Virus record (IMG/VR): IMGVR_UViG_3300042010_000106 | Location: 124,001 to 188,000 of that record | Direction: 5' to 3' (one strand) | Length of the DNA stretch: 64,000 nucleotides | Shown: positions 1 through 9,312 of the stretch, in pieces | How the letters are laid out: the number at the start of each line of letters is the position of its first letter | Numbering within the stretch: the stretch's first letter is position 1 | Program-made: the position numbers and the translations under genes | Notes under the pieces: model-generated | Told to the model about the DNA's origin: nothing | The model's database searches: none | Seen by the model: the letters and a program-made list of their open reading frames with translations, nothing else

Positions 1-1
1 C

Positions 2-190
2 ATGCCGCGTGCTGACGTGAAAAGCTACGACGCCGAAGATCGTTTCGCATATGTTGAAGAATTCTGGAAGCTTGTTGAACAAGTCGAAGGACTCAACAAA
101 GACACGATCAAAAAGATTGTGGAAAACAAAGTGTGTTCCATTGGCATGATTAACGGCAAGCCTGTCGCCATCGACTACGGGATTATCTAA
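2..190 (+). CDS. C-terminal part of a protein-kinase-like phage protein (probably begins upstream of the window)
   Basis: Ends ENKVCSIGMINGKPVAIDYG, resembling the catalytic-loop/DFG-like (DYG) region of small phage kinase-fold proteins. Confidence 0.4.
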   Translation: MPRADVKSYDAEDRFAYVEEFWKLVEQVEGLNKDTIKKIVENKVCSIGMINGKPVAIDYGII

Positions 191-838
191 ATGAATCGTC
201 CAACTCCTTACCGCCCACGTGTGCCGGATGACCTGTTTGAAGAGCTGAAAAAATTCAGCGACGGCACATTCAAAGGTTTGCATGAACTGACGCTGCGCTA
301 CATTCGCGAAGGCATTGAAAAAGATCGCGCTGTGCAGGCTGGCAAAGAACGTAAAGTTCCCGGCAACGGGTATTTCCCATTCAGTGATGTCACGATCAAC
401 AATTGGGCAAAGTATTACGGCATCGACGTGATGGAAGTTGCAGCCGCTTACCACGCAATGGAACATATCGCGCTCGATAGCGTTGATCGTGTGAACGGTG
501 AATTCAGTCTGGACGGCCACGACATCAAAGGTTTGAACAAATTCTTTTTCGGCGACAATTGGGAAAAAGACATGCTGTTGCGCCAACTGGCTGCAATCGA
601 CGCTGCTGCAAATCACGTTGTAGGTGCAGCGACAGAAGAGCGACCGGAAGAAAGATCAGATATTACCGTGGCGATTCTTGCGGAACGTTTGTCTGTTCGT
701 GCTGCTGAAATCATCAAGTTCATGTTCAAGCGCGGCACACCGGCCACCATGCACCAATTGCTGAGTGATGCAGAAGTCGAACTCGTTACCAACGCAATGC
801 AGGTCGTTCCAAAACTCGCCAAACGGACAAAGAAATGA
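191..838 (+). CDS. RHH/Arc-like protein with C-terminal IF2 N-terminal-like domain
   Basis: N-term YRPRVPDDLFEELKKFS..LHELTLRYIREGIE has an RHH pattern. C-term ITVAILAERLSVRAAEIIKFMFKRGTPATMHQLLSDAEVELV matches the IF2_N repeat pattern. Confidence 0.6.
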   Translation: MNRPTPYRPRVPDDLFEELKKFSDGTFKGLHELTLRYIREGIEKDRAVQAGKERKVPGNGYFPFSDVTINNWAKYYGIDVMEVAAAYHAMEHIALDSVDRVNGEFSLDGHDIKGLNKFFFGDNWEKDMLLRQLAAIDAAANHVVGAATEERPEERSDITVAILAERLSVRAAEIIKFMFKRGTPATMHQLLSDAEVELVTNAMQVVPKLAKRTKK

Positions 839-1263
839 AACCAGTTAAACAAGCCTTGTACAACAGCCGCACCGCTGACAAATTCGTTGTTCGTTTGCCG
901 GACGGCTGGCGTGAAAAGATTGAAGCTTTTGCGCGTGTAAATCACCGTAGCATGAACAGTCATTTGCTGACCTATATCGAAGCGTGCCTGAAGTTGGAAG
1001 AGGCGGAAAACTTCGGTTTGTTGGAAGCGTTGCTGTCTGATGAACCGGGCGGCGCAATCGTGGTTGCACAAGGCCCACGCGTTCCGTACGCAATCAATAT
1101 TCCGGTAATGTTTGAAGGCCACGTTTGGCTGGTGGTAAAACTCAACGTTGAAGACGGCGCTGTGTGGGCGGATTTGGAGCGTACCGATTCGGAATTCGAA
1201 TACGATAACGGACGCCGTTGTATCACTTGCCTGCATAAACATTTGGAGCCGTTCGGTGCGTGA
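835..1263 (+). CDS. amrZ: Phage AmrZ/AlgZ-like Arc-family transcription regulator with novel C-terminal domain
   Basis: MKPVKQALYNSRTADKFVVRLPDGWREKIEAFARVNHRSMNS closely matches the Pseudomonas AmrZ N-terminus (SRTADKFVVRLP...HRSMNS). Confidence 0.85.
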   Translation: MKPVKQALYNSRTADKFVVRLPDGWREKIEAFARVNHRSMNSHLLTYIEACLKLEEAENFGLLEALLSDEPGGAIVVAQGPRVPYAINIPVMFEGHVWLVVKLNVEDGAVWADLERTDSEFEYDNGRRCITCLHKHLEPFGA

Positions 1264-1264
1264 C

Positions 1265-1579
1265 ATGGCGCTGTATGTTATTTGTCCCGGCACCGTGACC
1301 AGTCGCACGGACGGGCAAGAACATTTCGTAGACGAACGTTCGTTGATTTCGTTGTACGGTGTTCACCCTGCACTGTGCGTTGTGTATCCGCGCACAGAAG
1401 CAAATGAACGTGGCTGGCGAAAGCCGCCGCATGCAATGTATTTAGAGCCGCAATACAGCGGTGATTATTCCCTACCAATTTACTACGGGCCAAAATTCCA
1501 ATGGAAACTCAAGTCGCATATACCGGTACTTGCCGCCAAACTGCTTTCGGCATCAACGTTCCTGAGTTTGTTCCAGTAG
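1265..1579 (+). CDS. Hypothetical phage protein
   Basis: ATG 1 nt after the previous stop; PGxVxSxxDGQxH..LxxLYGV motif familiar from small phage proteins. Confidence 0.65.
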   Translation: MALYVICPGTVTSRTDGQEHFVDERSLISLYGVHPALCVVYPRTEANERGWRKPPHAMYLEPQYSGDYSLPIYYGPKFQWKLKSHIPVLAAKLLSASTFLSLFQ

Positions 1580-2124
1580 CAGCCGCTCGCGTTTCGATGG
1601 ACGTAATCAATCTGCCGCATAACTGCGTGCCGTTGAAATACGAAGCCGGTAAAGATTTCTGCAAGGTTCTGCCCGAAGAAAGCATCGACACTTTGTGCTT
1701 TGTTTTCAAACTGGCTGGCGATTATCAGGACATCAACCTTGACGCCATTCGCGATTACATTGCGACTGTGGAAATCGACCACAACAAGTTTCACGTTTCG
1801 GAACGGGCGCTGCTGAACGAAGAAACGAAAATGATTCGGACTTTGTACGTTCGTTTCTACCGCAACGAAGATTTCAAATGCAAAGAACACCCGGAAATGC
1901 TGTTGGGTACGCCGTCCGGTATGTACCACTGCCCGTACTGCTGTGAAATGCAGTTGGCCGGTACTACGCACCTCGATCCAATGTTTGAAGCTGTTGTGGA
2001 ACCTTACACCGATGCAGAAGTTGCAGAAATCGGTGAACAAGATTTCAGCGAAGGTTTCCGTGAGCTGTGCGAAGACGCCGCTGCGTGGGACGATGCAGAC
2101 GGTCGCAAAATGGGTGACGAATGA
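1501..2124 (+). CDS. Hypothetical protein with CPYC motif (start may be 1597)
   Basis: ORF track; GMYHCPYC; acidic tail. Confidence 0.7.
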   Translation: METQVAYTGTCRQTAFGINVPEFVPVAAARVSMDVINLPHNCVPLKYEAGKDFCKVLPEESIDTLCFVFKLAGDYQDINLDAIRDYIATVEIDHNKFHVSERALLNEETKMIRTLYVRFYRNEDFKCKEHPEMLLGTPSGMYHCPYCCEMQLAGTTHLDPMFEAVVEPYTDAEVAEIGEQDFSEGFRELCEDAAAWDDADGRKMGDE

Positions 2125-2252
2125 AATATTTGCGTGAGCTGTTCCGCTGGAGCAGTGGCACAGTGAAGATTCGCGCAAACGGTGAATTAGTTCGTGATCG
2201 TGTGCGCTTCGCAATCGTTCGCGGGCGTTGGGTTTCTATTCCTGTTCGGTGA
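2121..2252 (+). CDS. Small basic hypothetical protein, 43 aa (not in ORF track)
   Basis: ATGA overlap with the upstream stop; MKYLRELFRWSSGTVKIRANGELVRDRVRFAIVRGRWVSIPVR; ends 3 nt before the next ATG. Confidence 0.6.
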   Translation: MKYLRELFRWSSGTVKIRANGELVRDRVRFAIVRGRWVSIPVR

Positions 2253-2255
2253 TTT

Positions 2256-2522
2256 ATGTCTGGATTGTTTCTCGAAACAACTGTTGAAAAACGCTTCGCT
2301 TCCGTAGAAGAGGCGCAAGCATTCGGAAAGCAGATGGACTGTTACGGCAGTGTAGCTGCGCGCCCTGACTGCATTACGAGCGACGGTGCAAAATTCAAAC
2401 TGCGTAAATATCACAAACACACCGTCGTAACCGACGTTGATACTTCCAACAAGATGCAACAAACGTTTACGCTGCCTGCGCTTTTCCCCAATCAAAAATT
2501 CGTATATATCTTGGAGGATTGA
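2256..2522 (+). CDS. Hypothetical protein
   Basis: Operon packing, RBS-like GGTGA. Confidence 0.65.
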   Translation: MSGLFLETTVEKRFASVEEAQAFGKQMDCYGSVAARPDCITSDGAKFKLRKYHKHTVVTDVDTSNKMQQTFTLPALFPNQKFVYILED

Positions 2523-2761
2523 TGTCGAAGGATTACGAAGCACCTGATTCAGATTTTTACAGCGCGCCGGAACACCGGTTGTGTGGTAGCCAAACCGATT
2601 TCAGTCCGCAAGAAATTGCAGGCATGAAATTCGTAGAACAACCACCGACTTGGCAAGGTACACAGACCGGGCGCAAGCAACGCACCATGGAAGATTTTAT
2701 CAAAGAAAACTTTCCAAACGGCATGTACATTCCCGGTTACATGCTGCACAAACGAGGCTGA
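2519..2761 (+). CDS. Hypothetical protein
   Basis: GGAGG RBS, overlaps the previous stop. Confidence 0.65.
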   Translation: MMSKDYEAPDSDFYSAPEHRLCGSQTDFSPQEIAGMKFVEQPPTWQGTQTGRKQRTMEDFIKENFPNGMYIPGYMLHKRG

Positions 2762-2763
2762 AA

Positions 2764-3042
2764 ATGAAATTCAGGGAACAACGAGGCAGTCTAGCGGATT
2801 CATTAGAAACAGAAGTCACGATTGATGCAACAAAAGAGGCGGTCGCTGCACACGCTAGGTCAATTCTCAAACGTTTTGGTTTTATTGACTCTGAAGAAAT
2901 TGATCGTGAAATGGTTGCTGGAAACATAAAGAGTGAATTCTATACCCACGATAGCCGGATTGGTTGGGATACGTACATAGCAACCAGTACGTACGAACAC
3001 ATGCCCGTTGTGGGCTGGCATGATTGCCCACTTGAGGATTGA
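2764..3042 (+). CDS. Hypothetical phage protein (MKFREQRGSLADS...)
   Basis: GAGG RBS, ATG 2 nt after the previous stop. Confidence 0.7.
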   Translation: MKFREQRGSLADSLETEVTIDATKEAVAAHARSILKRFGFIDSEEIDREMVAGNIKSEFYTHDSRIGWDTYIATSTYEHMPVVGWHDCPLED

Positions 3043-3046
3043 AAAA

Positions 3047-3367
3047 ATGCAAATGAAATACATCGTTGTTCGCGCAAACGATTTCCGTACAGGCACACAG
3101 CAGTTCGAATTCCCGATCATGTTCCCACATAACATCGTGCACAAAGACATGGCCGATATCACCACGTACGCAACAGGCGACGGTGGCGATTACCGCGTTA
3201 ATCAAGTATTGGGTGCGGGCTTCTGTTCGGTCGGTGTGGATGACAAGGGTAACGCAACTGTAAACTGTTGGGGTCAGAGCGAATCGCTCGAAATCAAATC
3301 GCGTGGCAAGGCAGACGAAGCCGCCTTTATGCGCTGCGCAAATCTGAATTCAACAAGGATTGAGTAA
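3047..3367 (+). CDS. Hypothetical phage protein
   Basis: GAGG RBS; FPIMFP..H..GAGFC..CWGQSESLEIKSR motif typical of a small phage family. Confidence 0.7.
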   Translation: MQMKYIVVRANDFRTGTQQFEFPIMFPHNIVHKDMADITTYATGDGGDYRVNQVLGAGFCSVGVDDKGNATVNCWGQSESLEIKSRGKADEAAFMRCANLNSTRIE

Positions 3368-4053
3368 TGTTCGAAAAGATTCTGGAAACGCAGGGTTTTA
3401 TCCTTGAAAACGAAATGTGGTATCACCCTAAGTTTCCATGGATTACGTGCACCGGTACACGCACCGATAAAACGGCTGCTATTCGTGGGTTCATGAATAA
3501 ACCGCGTACCGTTCGCGACGAAGAAAGTGCGATTGAAGCAATTGAGCGCTACAAGGTGTGCCCTGACCTAACACGGCAGTACACCTTTGCCGTCGCCACG
3601 TTGACAGAGATTTGCGACGAATTGAATTCGCATTATCCGAACGCTGAATTCAGTTACGTTACGGGCAACAACGGTGTGCCTCTGTTGCAGGTTCGCTATC
3701 CACGTTCCAATCTGACTTCGAATTTTTCGAACTACAACAAATTCATGAGCTTTATGCACAGGACGCGGGCGAAGAATTTCTCGATGTCTTACGTGGAGCT
3801 TGTGGAAGCGTACATGGCAGAGCAACCTGCTGTGACAACACCGTTCGTTAAATCCACTGCTGACACGATCAACATTTTTGCAGATATCAAATGCCTGCGA
3901 AATATCGACTTGTGGAAACTCCGCAACGTGTCCGAAGTGAAGGTTCACAAAATTGTTGCAACGTTCCCGACGTGCCCGCCGTTGCTGGCTTCGGAATTTG
4001 CAGACACTATGTCGCAGACCTTCGTTGAATTTATTTGCCCAAGAAAAGGCTAA
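3367..4053 (+). CDS. Hypothetical protein, paralogue array A (divergent member)
   Basis: TAATG coupling; similar size and N-terminus to its neighbours. Confidence 0.7.
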   Translation: MFEKILETQGFILENEMWYHPKFPWITCTGTRTDKTAAIRGFMNKPRTVRDEESAIEAIERYKVCPDLTRQYTFAVATLTEICDELNSHYPNAEFSYVTGNNGVPLLQVRYPRSNLTSNFSNYNKFMSFMHRTRAKNFSMSYVELVEAYMAEQPAVTTPFVKSTADTINIFADIKCLRNIDLWKLRNVSEVKVHKIVATFPTCPPLLASEFADTMSQTFVEFICPRKG

Positions 4054-4056
4054 GCT

Positions 4057-4809
4057 ATGAACACTGTTCTCTGTAATCGCGTTAAGGCTCTTTGCGAATC
4101 GCTCGGCGGTACATGGGCCATGAATGATTTGGATTGGCTGGAATGCAAGATTGAAGGTCTGCGCGTTTGCATTGGGCCGACTACGGGTATGGTCGAAGTG
4201 AACGAAATCTACGGCAGTAAAATGCCAAGTATTTTTCATCACGGCGATACAGACCTCGCGCTTATCAAGATTACAGAGGTTCATAAAATCGCGAAGGTTC
4301 AGGTTGAGCGCTTCCAACATCTGGTTAATGATGTCGCAGCATTCTTGCGCAGTAAAAAGATTCAGGTAGAAGTGCGCCGTGCCGATGGCGATTACGCAAA
4401 GTTCCTGCTGGGCGACCGCGAATTGTTTAGCCTCGATGCAGATTACTTGCTCGATGGTGGCCCGTACGAACTGCACTTAGGTATCGCTGTTTACGGCGTG
4501 GAAACACTCGACGAAGTTATTGAATGTTTGAACAAGACCACGCAGCAAGACGTGGAAGCGCCATGGATGGTGAAAGGCCCGTACAACAACATTTACTACA
4601 TCGGCGATATTGCCTATCTGATTCCGGCGATGATTCGTCACGGTGTGGAAAACGTTAACCAGCACATTGGCACGTACTGGACAACCAGTGGCGACACGAT
4701 TTTGAATATTTTGCTGGGCAATGAACTGCCGTGCAAAAAGAATTATTTTTCCATCCGTTTTGTTGACGGTGTAATCCCTACAGAGGTTGAGCAAGCATGC
4801 AACTCCTAA
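4057..4809 (+). CDS. Hypothetical protein, paralogue array A
   Basis: Shares the helix-strand-'LF' core with neighbours. Confidence 0.75.
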   Translation: MNTVLCNRVKALCESLGGTWAMNDLDWLECKIEGLRVCIGPTTGMVEVNEIYGSKMPSIFHHGDTDLALIKITEVHKIAKVQVERFQHLVNDVAAFLRSKKIQVEVRRADGDYAKFLLGDRELFSLDADYLLDGGPYELHLGIAVYGVETLDEVIECLNKTTQQDVEAPWMVKGPYNNIYYIGDIAYLIPAMIRHGVENVNQHIGTYWTTSGDTILNILLGNELPCKKNYFSIRFVDGVIPTEVEQACNS

Positions 4810-5540
4810 CCGAAAATGGTTTCATGTTCGACGCCGAAACACAACGCTGGTGGAAAGATCGCGTTAGCGTTCAAGTGTGCGAAATGTTCGCGACCGTTTA
4901 CAGCGACGACGTGTACTCCCCACGCAGAGAACACCTCGACGACAGCGCAGACATCCAGACGGCTATCGACCTCGCCATGGAAGCCAGCGCAGTTCGTCAC
5001 CAGAAAACAATTGATTATGCAGAAGGTGTGAAGGCCGTCTGCCTGCTGAATGCGTTCCCTGTGCTTTACCGCGTGCACAAAAACGAAGCCGTGTTTTTCT
5101 ACAACGGTACGCAAACGTGGCTGACTGACCCAATCTTTTTGTTCGCGCTGGGCATGAATCGCGCTGACGAAATGATGTTCAGAACGCCGGAGTGTATGGT
5201 TTACGCAGAAGAGAATCCGGTCAGTGTTGAACTGCCTGAAATTTTCGATGTGATGCACACGGAAACGAATTACGACATTCACTGCAAAGAAGGTGTGCGC
5301 ACGCATAACCGTGTGAAGGCTGAAGGCAAAACCGTCGTGTATTCCAACATGACCCACGCACTGGCGGAATGTCTGAAGTACGGCGTAGGCAGCATCGGCC
5401 ACCAAGTGGCGCAGATTCAAGTCGAAGACGCACACCACACACAACGCGTTATGCAGATTCTTCGCGAAACAAAATTCCCTGAAGTTCACGCGTTTGCCAT
5501 CACCTTTTTGTCGGAGAATTCCAATGGGACAGTTGCTTGA
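4797..5540 (+). CDS. Hypothetical protein, paralogue array A
   Basis: DYAEGV..PVLY..PIFLF aligns with EYADKV..PVQY..PIDLF of the next gene. Confidence 0.75.
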   Translation: MQLLTENGFMFDAETQRWWKDRVSVQVCEMFATVYSDDVYSPRREHLDDSADIQTAIDLAMEASAVRHQKTIDYAEGVKAVCLLNAFPVLYRVHKNEAVFFYNGTQTWLTDPIFLFALGMNRADEMMFRTPECMVYAEENPVSVELPEIFDVMHTETNYDIHCKEGVRTHNRVKAEGKTVVYSNMTHALAECLKYGVGSIGHQVAQIQVEDAHHTQRVMQILRETKFPEVHAFAITFLSENSNGTVA

Positions 5541-6330
5541 ACATGCCGCGTTGAAAGACGCGTTGCTCGCCTTGGGTATGACTGAAGGCACCGGTGACGA
5601 TTATTCGTTTTATTTCGGTGAAGTGATTGCCACAATTCAGGGGCGTGTCGCGGTTTTCGAATATTCGTACGAAGAGCTTTACGCTTCCCTTGATTGGGAG
5701 AATTTTGAACCGCGTGACCTGATGGAAAAATACTACCGTCAAAAGGGAGTAAAATCGCCGGAAGCTGTGTTCAAACTGATTTGCTCCAACGCAACAAAAC
5801 GTAAGTGTTTCCAGATGGAATACGCCGACAAAGTTGCAAAGCATTTCGATGCGTGCGGCGTTCCTGTTCAGTATTGCGAAATCGACGGCTATTCGCGGTT
5901 CCGTGTCGATCCTGAATTCGTACGCGGCCCTGAGCCTATTGATCTTTTCCGTATGCAAGTACGTCATGATTTCGGCATGGAATTTTTCTTCGGCGACAGC
6001 AGCATTGTCGTTGACGGTGAAGACGTTGATCGTAACATCAAAGAAGTTTTTTGCGTTGAATCGCTGGGCGACATTTCGCCAGAAAATCCTGTTGATCGTG
6101 TCGATTACTCTTCGACGTACCACTATCGACACATTGTAAATGCGCTGCCTGATATGCTGCGCGTTGGCATCAAAAAGGTTCGCAAAGAAACGGTTGAAAT
6201 CGTCACGGCACTACGCAAGCCAATCACCAATTGCAAAAAGCATTTCCGCCCTGATGTAATCGGCACCATCACCGACTACTGCGTGGATTTCAAAGCATCT
6301 ATTCACCCTCCTAAAAACTGGAACGAATAA
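5524..6330 (+). CDS. Hypothetical protein, paralogue array A
   Basis: GGAG RBS before ATG 5524; homology to neighbours. Confidence 0.75.
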   Translation: MGQLLEHAALKDALLALGMTEGTGDDYSFYFGEVIATIQGRVAVFEYSYEELYASLDWENFEPRDLMEKYYRQKGVKSPEAVFKLICSNATKRKCFQMEYADKVAKHFDACGVPVQYCEIDGYSRFRVDPEFVRGPEPIDLFRMQVRHDFGMEFFFGDSSIVVDGEDVDRNIKEVFCVESLGDISPENPVDRVDYSSTYHYRHIVNALPDMLRVGIKKVRKETVEIVTALRKPITNCKKHFRPDVIGTITDYCVDFKASIHPPKNWNE

Positions 6331-7127
6331 TGGATAACGGAATTAAAGAATTGTGCGCACAGGCAGAAGCATACCTGCTTGAAAAAGGTTTCTCGAAAGT
6401 CAACGGCACCACATTGGCGCTCGGCGATATCCGTGTGACCTTACCTGCTGTTGGTCTGCGCAATACATCACGTCGTTTTTCCGTAATGATTCGCGACAAC
6501 GTACAGCGCGGGAAACGCGTAGAAAATCTACGGTACATGCAAAAGCACGTTGAAACCTGCATCGAAATTCGTAACGACTGCATGGATAAATTCAAAGCGT
6601 TTTGCTTGAATGTACAAAGCATTCTGAGTCAGCGCGGGTTGGAGCTGGATCTTAAAATTGAGGCACGTACACGCGCTTCGTTTACGTTGCACGGCACCAG
6701 TCTTTTCGCGCTGCAAGCTTCTTTTGACCACGAAGGCCGTGACCAAAAATTGGTTATGGATATTTGGTGCCCTGACCTCGACGAAGAACTGGAAGTTCCA
6801 GAAGATATCGTCAAGGCTTGCCAGCACGCACATAAATATCGTCGTGGGCAATTGATCAGTGAAGGCACCAAGATTATCACCACTGAACAACCACACGTTT
6901 TCGCCGCAGTCATGCTGGAAAATCCGTGCATCGGTATCGAGAAAAAGTCGTGTGTAGTTCGTGAAGTTTGCGACGATGAAAACATGCAACTCATTCTGAA
7001 TTTCGAAGGTCGTTCGCGAAAGCAGGACATGGTCGTAATCAGCTTTGCAAACGATGTGACTTTGACGCCGCTTGTAGTACGTGAGCCGAAAGTGTTCCGT
7101 GTGCGTGAGGAAGATTGCGATGACTGA
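6330..7127 (+). CDS. Hypothetical protein, paralogue array A
   Basis: TAATG coupling; ASFTLHGTSLFALQA resembles AKFLLGDRELFSLDA of 4057. Confidence 0.75.
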   Translation: MDNGIKELCAQAEAYLLEKGFSKVNGTTLALGDIRVTLPAVGLRNTSRRFSVMIRDNVQRGKRVENLRYMQKHVETCIEIRNDCMDKFKAFCLNVQSILSQRGLELDLKIEARTRASFTLHGTSLFALQASFDHEGRDQKLVMDIWCPDLDEELEVPEDIVKACQHAHKYRRGQLISEGTKIITTEQPHVFAAVMLENPCIGIEKKSCVVREVCDDENMQLILNFEGRSRKQDMVVISFANDVTLTPLVVREPKVFRVREEDCDD

Positions 7128-8013
7128 GTTTGAAAAGTTCGTAGAATTGATGGGTGCCATCGGTGCTAAAAAGACCTACGATCAGTATTACGAAAAAGAT
7201 TTTGTAGAGCTTTCATTTGATGAAATGCGACTGGCTGGCGTCGTTGTACGTGTTGATGGTTATCACCGCACGGATGTTCACCCTATCGACATCGACCCTA
7301 CTGCCCTCGCGCTGTTGGTTAGCAAGGCAAACGAACACGCTGCAAAATACGTGGGCATTAACACCAAGCTGGCAAACCTCATTGTTGACCAGTACAAAGA
7401 CGCACCGTATGTCCTGCGCATTGAGCAGAAGGGTATTGAAACGAAAGTCGTTGTCAGTGTTCGTCAGAAAGATATGGAATTGAGCCTGCGTAATTCTGAA
7501 ATCTGGAACGACGTGGACGTGCTGAGTTTCCGCGTTCGTTTGCTAGATAACAACGAACTGTTTTTGATTGCCAAGCAAGGCCGTGTTACCCGTCGTCGTT
7601 CGTTCCGGTTGCCTTACGATCCCGTGGCTGAACCACAACGGTTCCTCGACGAAGTTATGCCGTGGTTTGAACATCGACACGAAGGCTGTTTGCGCAAAGC
7701 AACGGTCAGTTTTCCACACACGCTTACCGGCGAGCATCAAACCCGAACGGAATGGTACGAAGTTTACCCCGGTGACGAAGCTGACAAGGCAATCCTCGGT
7801 TTCAGAAACTGTAAAGTAATGATGATCGACACGCTGAAGATTCAACAAGTTGTTGCACGTGACTTGTTCGGCGTTGTGAATGGTTTGTACGACTATCACT
7901 TGTCCAAAGACATTACAGAAACAGTTTTCGCTTTCCGGTTGCCCGACGACTTCGAACCGAATGGACGTGAGTTTGCAGAAATCAGCATGCTTGCACCTAT
8001 GTGCGTAGGGTAA
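7120..8013 (+). CDS. Hypothetical protein, probable array A member
   Basis: GAGG RBS before ATG 7120. Confidence 0.7.
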   Translation: MTEFEKFVELMGAIGAKKTYDQYYEKDFVELSFDEMRLAGVVVRVDGYHRTDVHPIDIDPTALALLVSKANEHAAKYVGINTKLANLIVDQYKDAPYVLRIEQKGIETKVVVSVRQKDMELSLRNSEIWNDVDVLSFRVRLLDNNELFLIAKQGRVTRRRSFRLPYDPVAEPQRFLDEVMPWFEHRHEGCLRKATVSFPHTLTGEHQTRTEWYEVYPGDEADKAILGFRNCKVMMIDTLKIQQVVARDLFGVVNGLYDYHLSKDITETVFAFRLPDDFEPNGREFAEISMLAPMCVG

Positions 8014-8017
8014 TTTA
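8010..8017 (+). promoter_or_regulatory. GTAATTTA candidate late promoter
   Basis: Same motif precedes several late transcription units; about 50 nt upstream of the Nudix ATG. Confidence 0.45.
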
Positions 8018-8067
8018 AAAGGGAAGGGGAGACACAGAGTTTTCCCAACTTTTGCACAGGGTTTACA

Positions 8068-8499
8068 ATGCAAGTTCAAATCGCAATCGCTCGTAACATT
8101 CCAACCAAAACGCGTTTCCAATCTGGCTGCATTCCTTACCGTGATGTTGACGGCGTGCGCCAAGTGTTGTTGGTCAAGAAGCTGAAGAAAGGCGCGTGGT
8201 GGGGCTTCACAAAAGGTGGTGTTGAAAAAGGTATCACCAAGAAAGAAAACGCGGCAAAAGAGTGCATGGAAGAAGCGGGCGTGTACGGTAAAGTGACCAA
8301 GAAACTTGGGCAGTTCACCTACATCAAAGATTCTGCTTTCCAGATCGTCGATATGTACGCGATGGAATTCCGTGAAGAAGCAGAACATTGGGATGAAAAA
8401 ACCGTACGTAAACGCAAGTGGTTCACCCTTGCAGAAGCTCGCGACAAGTTGAGTCGTGAACATCACAACTTCCTGACTGAAATTCGCAAACTCGCGTAA
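8068..8499 (+). CDS. Nudix hydrolase (DIPP/Ap6A-hydrolase-like)
   Basis: Nudix box KGGVEKGITKKENAAKECMEEAGV; QSGCIPYR and W.E...RKRKWF motifs. Confidence 0.9.
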   Translation: MQVQIAIARNIPTKTRFQSGCIPYRDVDGVRQVLLVKKLKKGAWWGFTKGGVEKGITKKENAAKECMEEAGVYGKVTKKLGQFTYIKDSAFQIVDMYAMEFREEAEHWDEKTVRKRKWFTLAEARDKLSREHHNFLTEIRKLA

Positions 8500-8507
8500 G
8501 GTAAAAC

Positions 8508-8885
8508 ATGAACTGGATGACGCCCCACGATATTTATTTGAACAGTGCGCAGGTTGCTTTGCACGAAGCGGTAAAAGCGTCGGGCGCCACCAGTGTGCAT
8601 GTGGAAAGTACAACAAACGGAATCGGTAACGAACCAAACATCGCTAACGTAACGTGGGCCAGTGTTCGTGTGATAAATATTTCCCGGCGTGTCGCTGTTA
8701 TGGCACACTATTTCACGAACAACAAATTCAAAATTGAAACTGGTTGGGATAACTCGGAAAGTGAATTGATCGCTGACCGGATGCGTGCCCGCCTGTTGGA
8801 AATCCAGATAGGCTACGAAAATGAACGAAGACCTGATTACTCAATTTTGCCAGCTCCTGCCAACAAAGTTCTTGCGCCGATCTAA
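8508..8885 (+). CDS. Hypothetical protein
   Basis: AAGG RBS, operon packing. Confidence 0.65.
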   Translation: MNWMTPHDIYLNSAQVALHEAVKASGATSVHVESTTNGIGNEPNIANVTWASVRVINISRRVAVMAHYFTNNKFKIETGWDNSESELIADRMRARLLEIQIGYENERRPDYSILPAPANKVLAPI

Positions 8886-9312
8886 CGAAAACTTTGTGAT
8901 CATTTGTACGCCGTATCTGCGTGCGGAATTTGGTCGCAATGGTTTGGTTGACATCGCGTTCACTGGTTCGGAAAAGCTGCGTTTCTACGCAGATGATGAA
9001 ATTGATTTCAAAGAGCTGCGCCGCCGTGTTATCAATTCTCACGGTGACTATCGCGTGATGGCTACGGCGATTAAAGAGCGCTATGTTCTGATGCGTCCGC
9101 ACTTCCCAAAACGTTTCAAAACTTTTGCAGTGCATGGGACTGAAGGACAAAGCTTGACCATCACCATTGCCGACTTCGAAACGAAAGAAGCCATTGCACG
9201 GCTTTACGTGAACGATTGGAAATGCGAAATCGGTATCACGATGCTCGGCCCGCATTTAGACCTGCATACGCCAATGCGCGTGGCCTACAACAAATCGAGA
9301 GACGGTAAATGA
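8821..9312 (+). CDS. Hypothetical protein
   Basis: ORF track; ATGA overlap with the next gene. Confidence 0.65.
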   Translation: MNEDLITQFCQLLPTKFLRRSNENFVIICTPYLRAEFGRNGLVDIAFTGSEKLRFYADDEIDFKELRRRVINSHGDYRVMATAIKERYVLMRPHFPKRFKTFAVHGTEGQSLTITIADFETKEAIARLYVNDWKCEIGITMLGPHLDLHTPMRVAYNKSRDGK

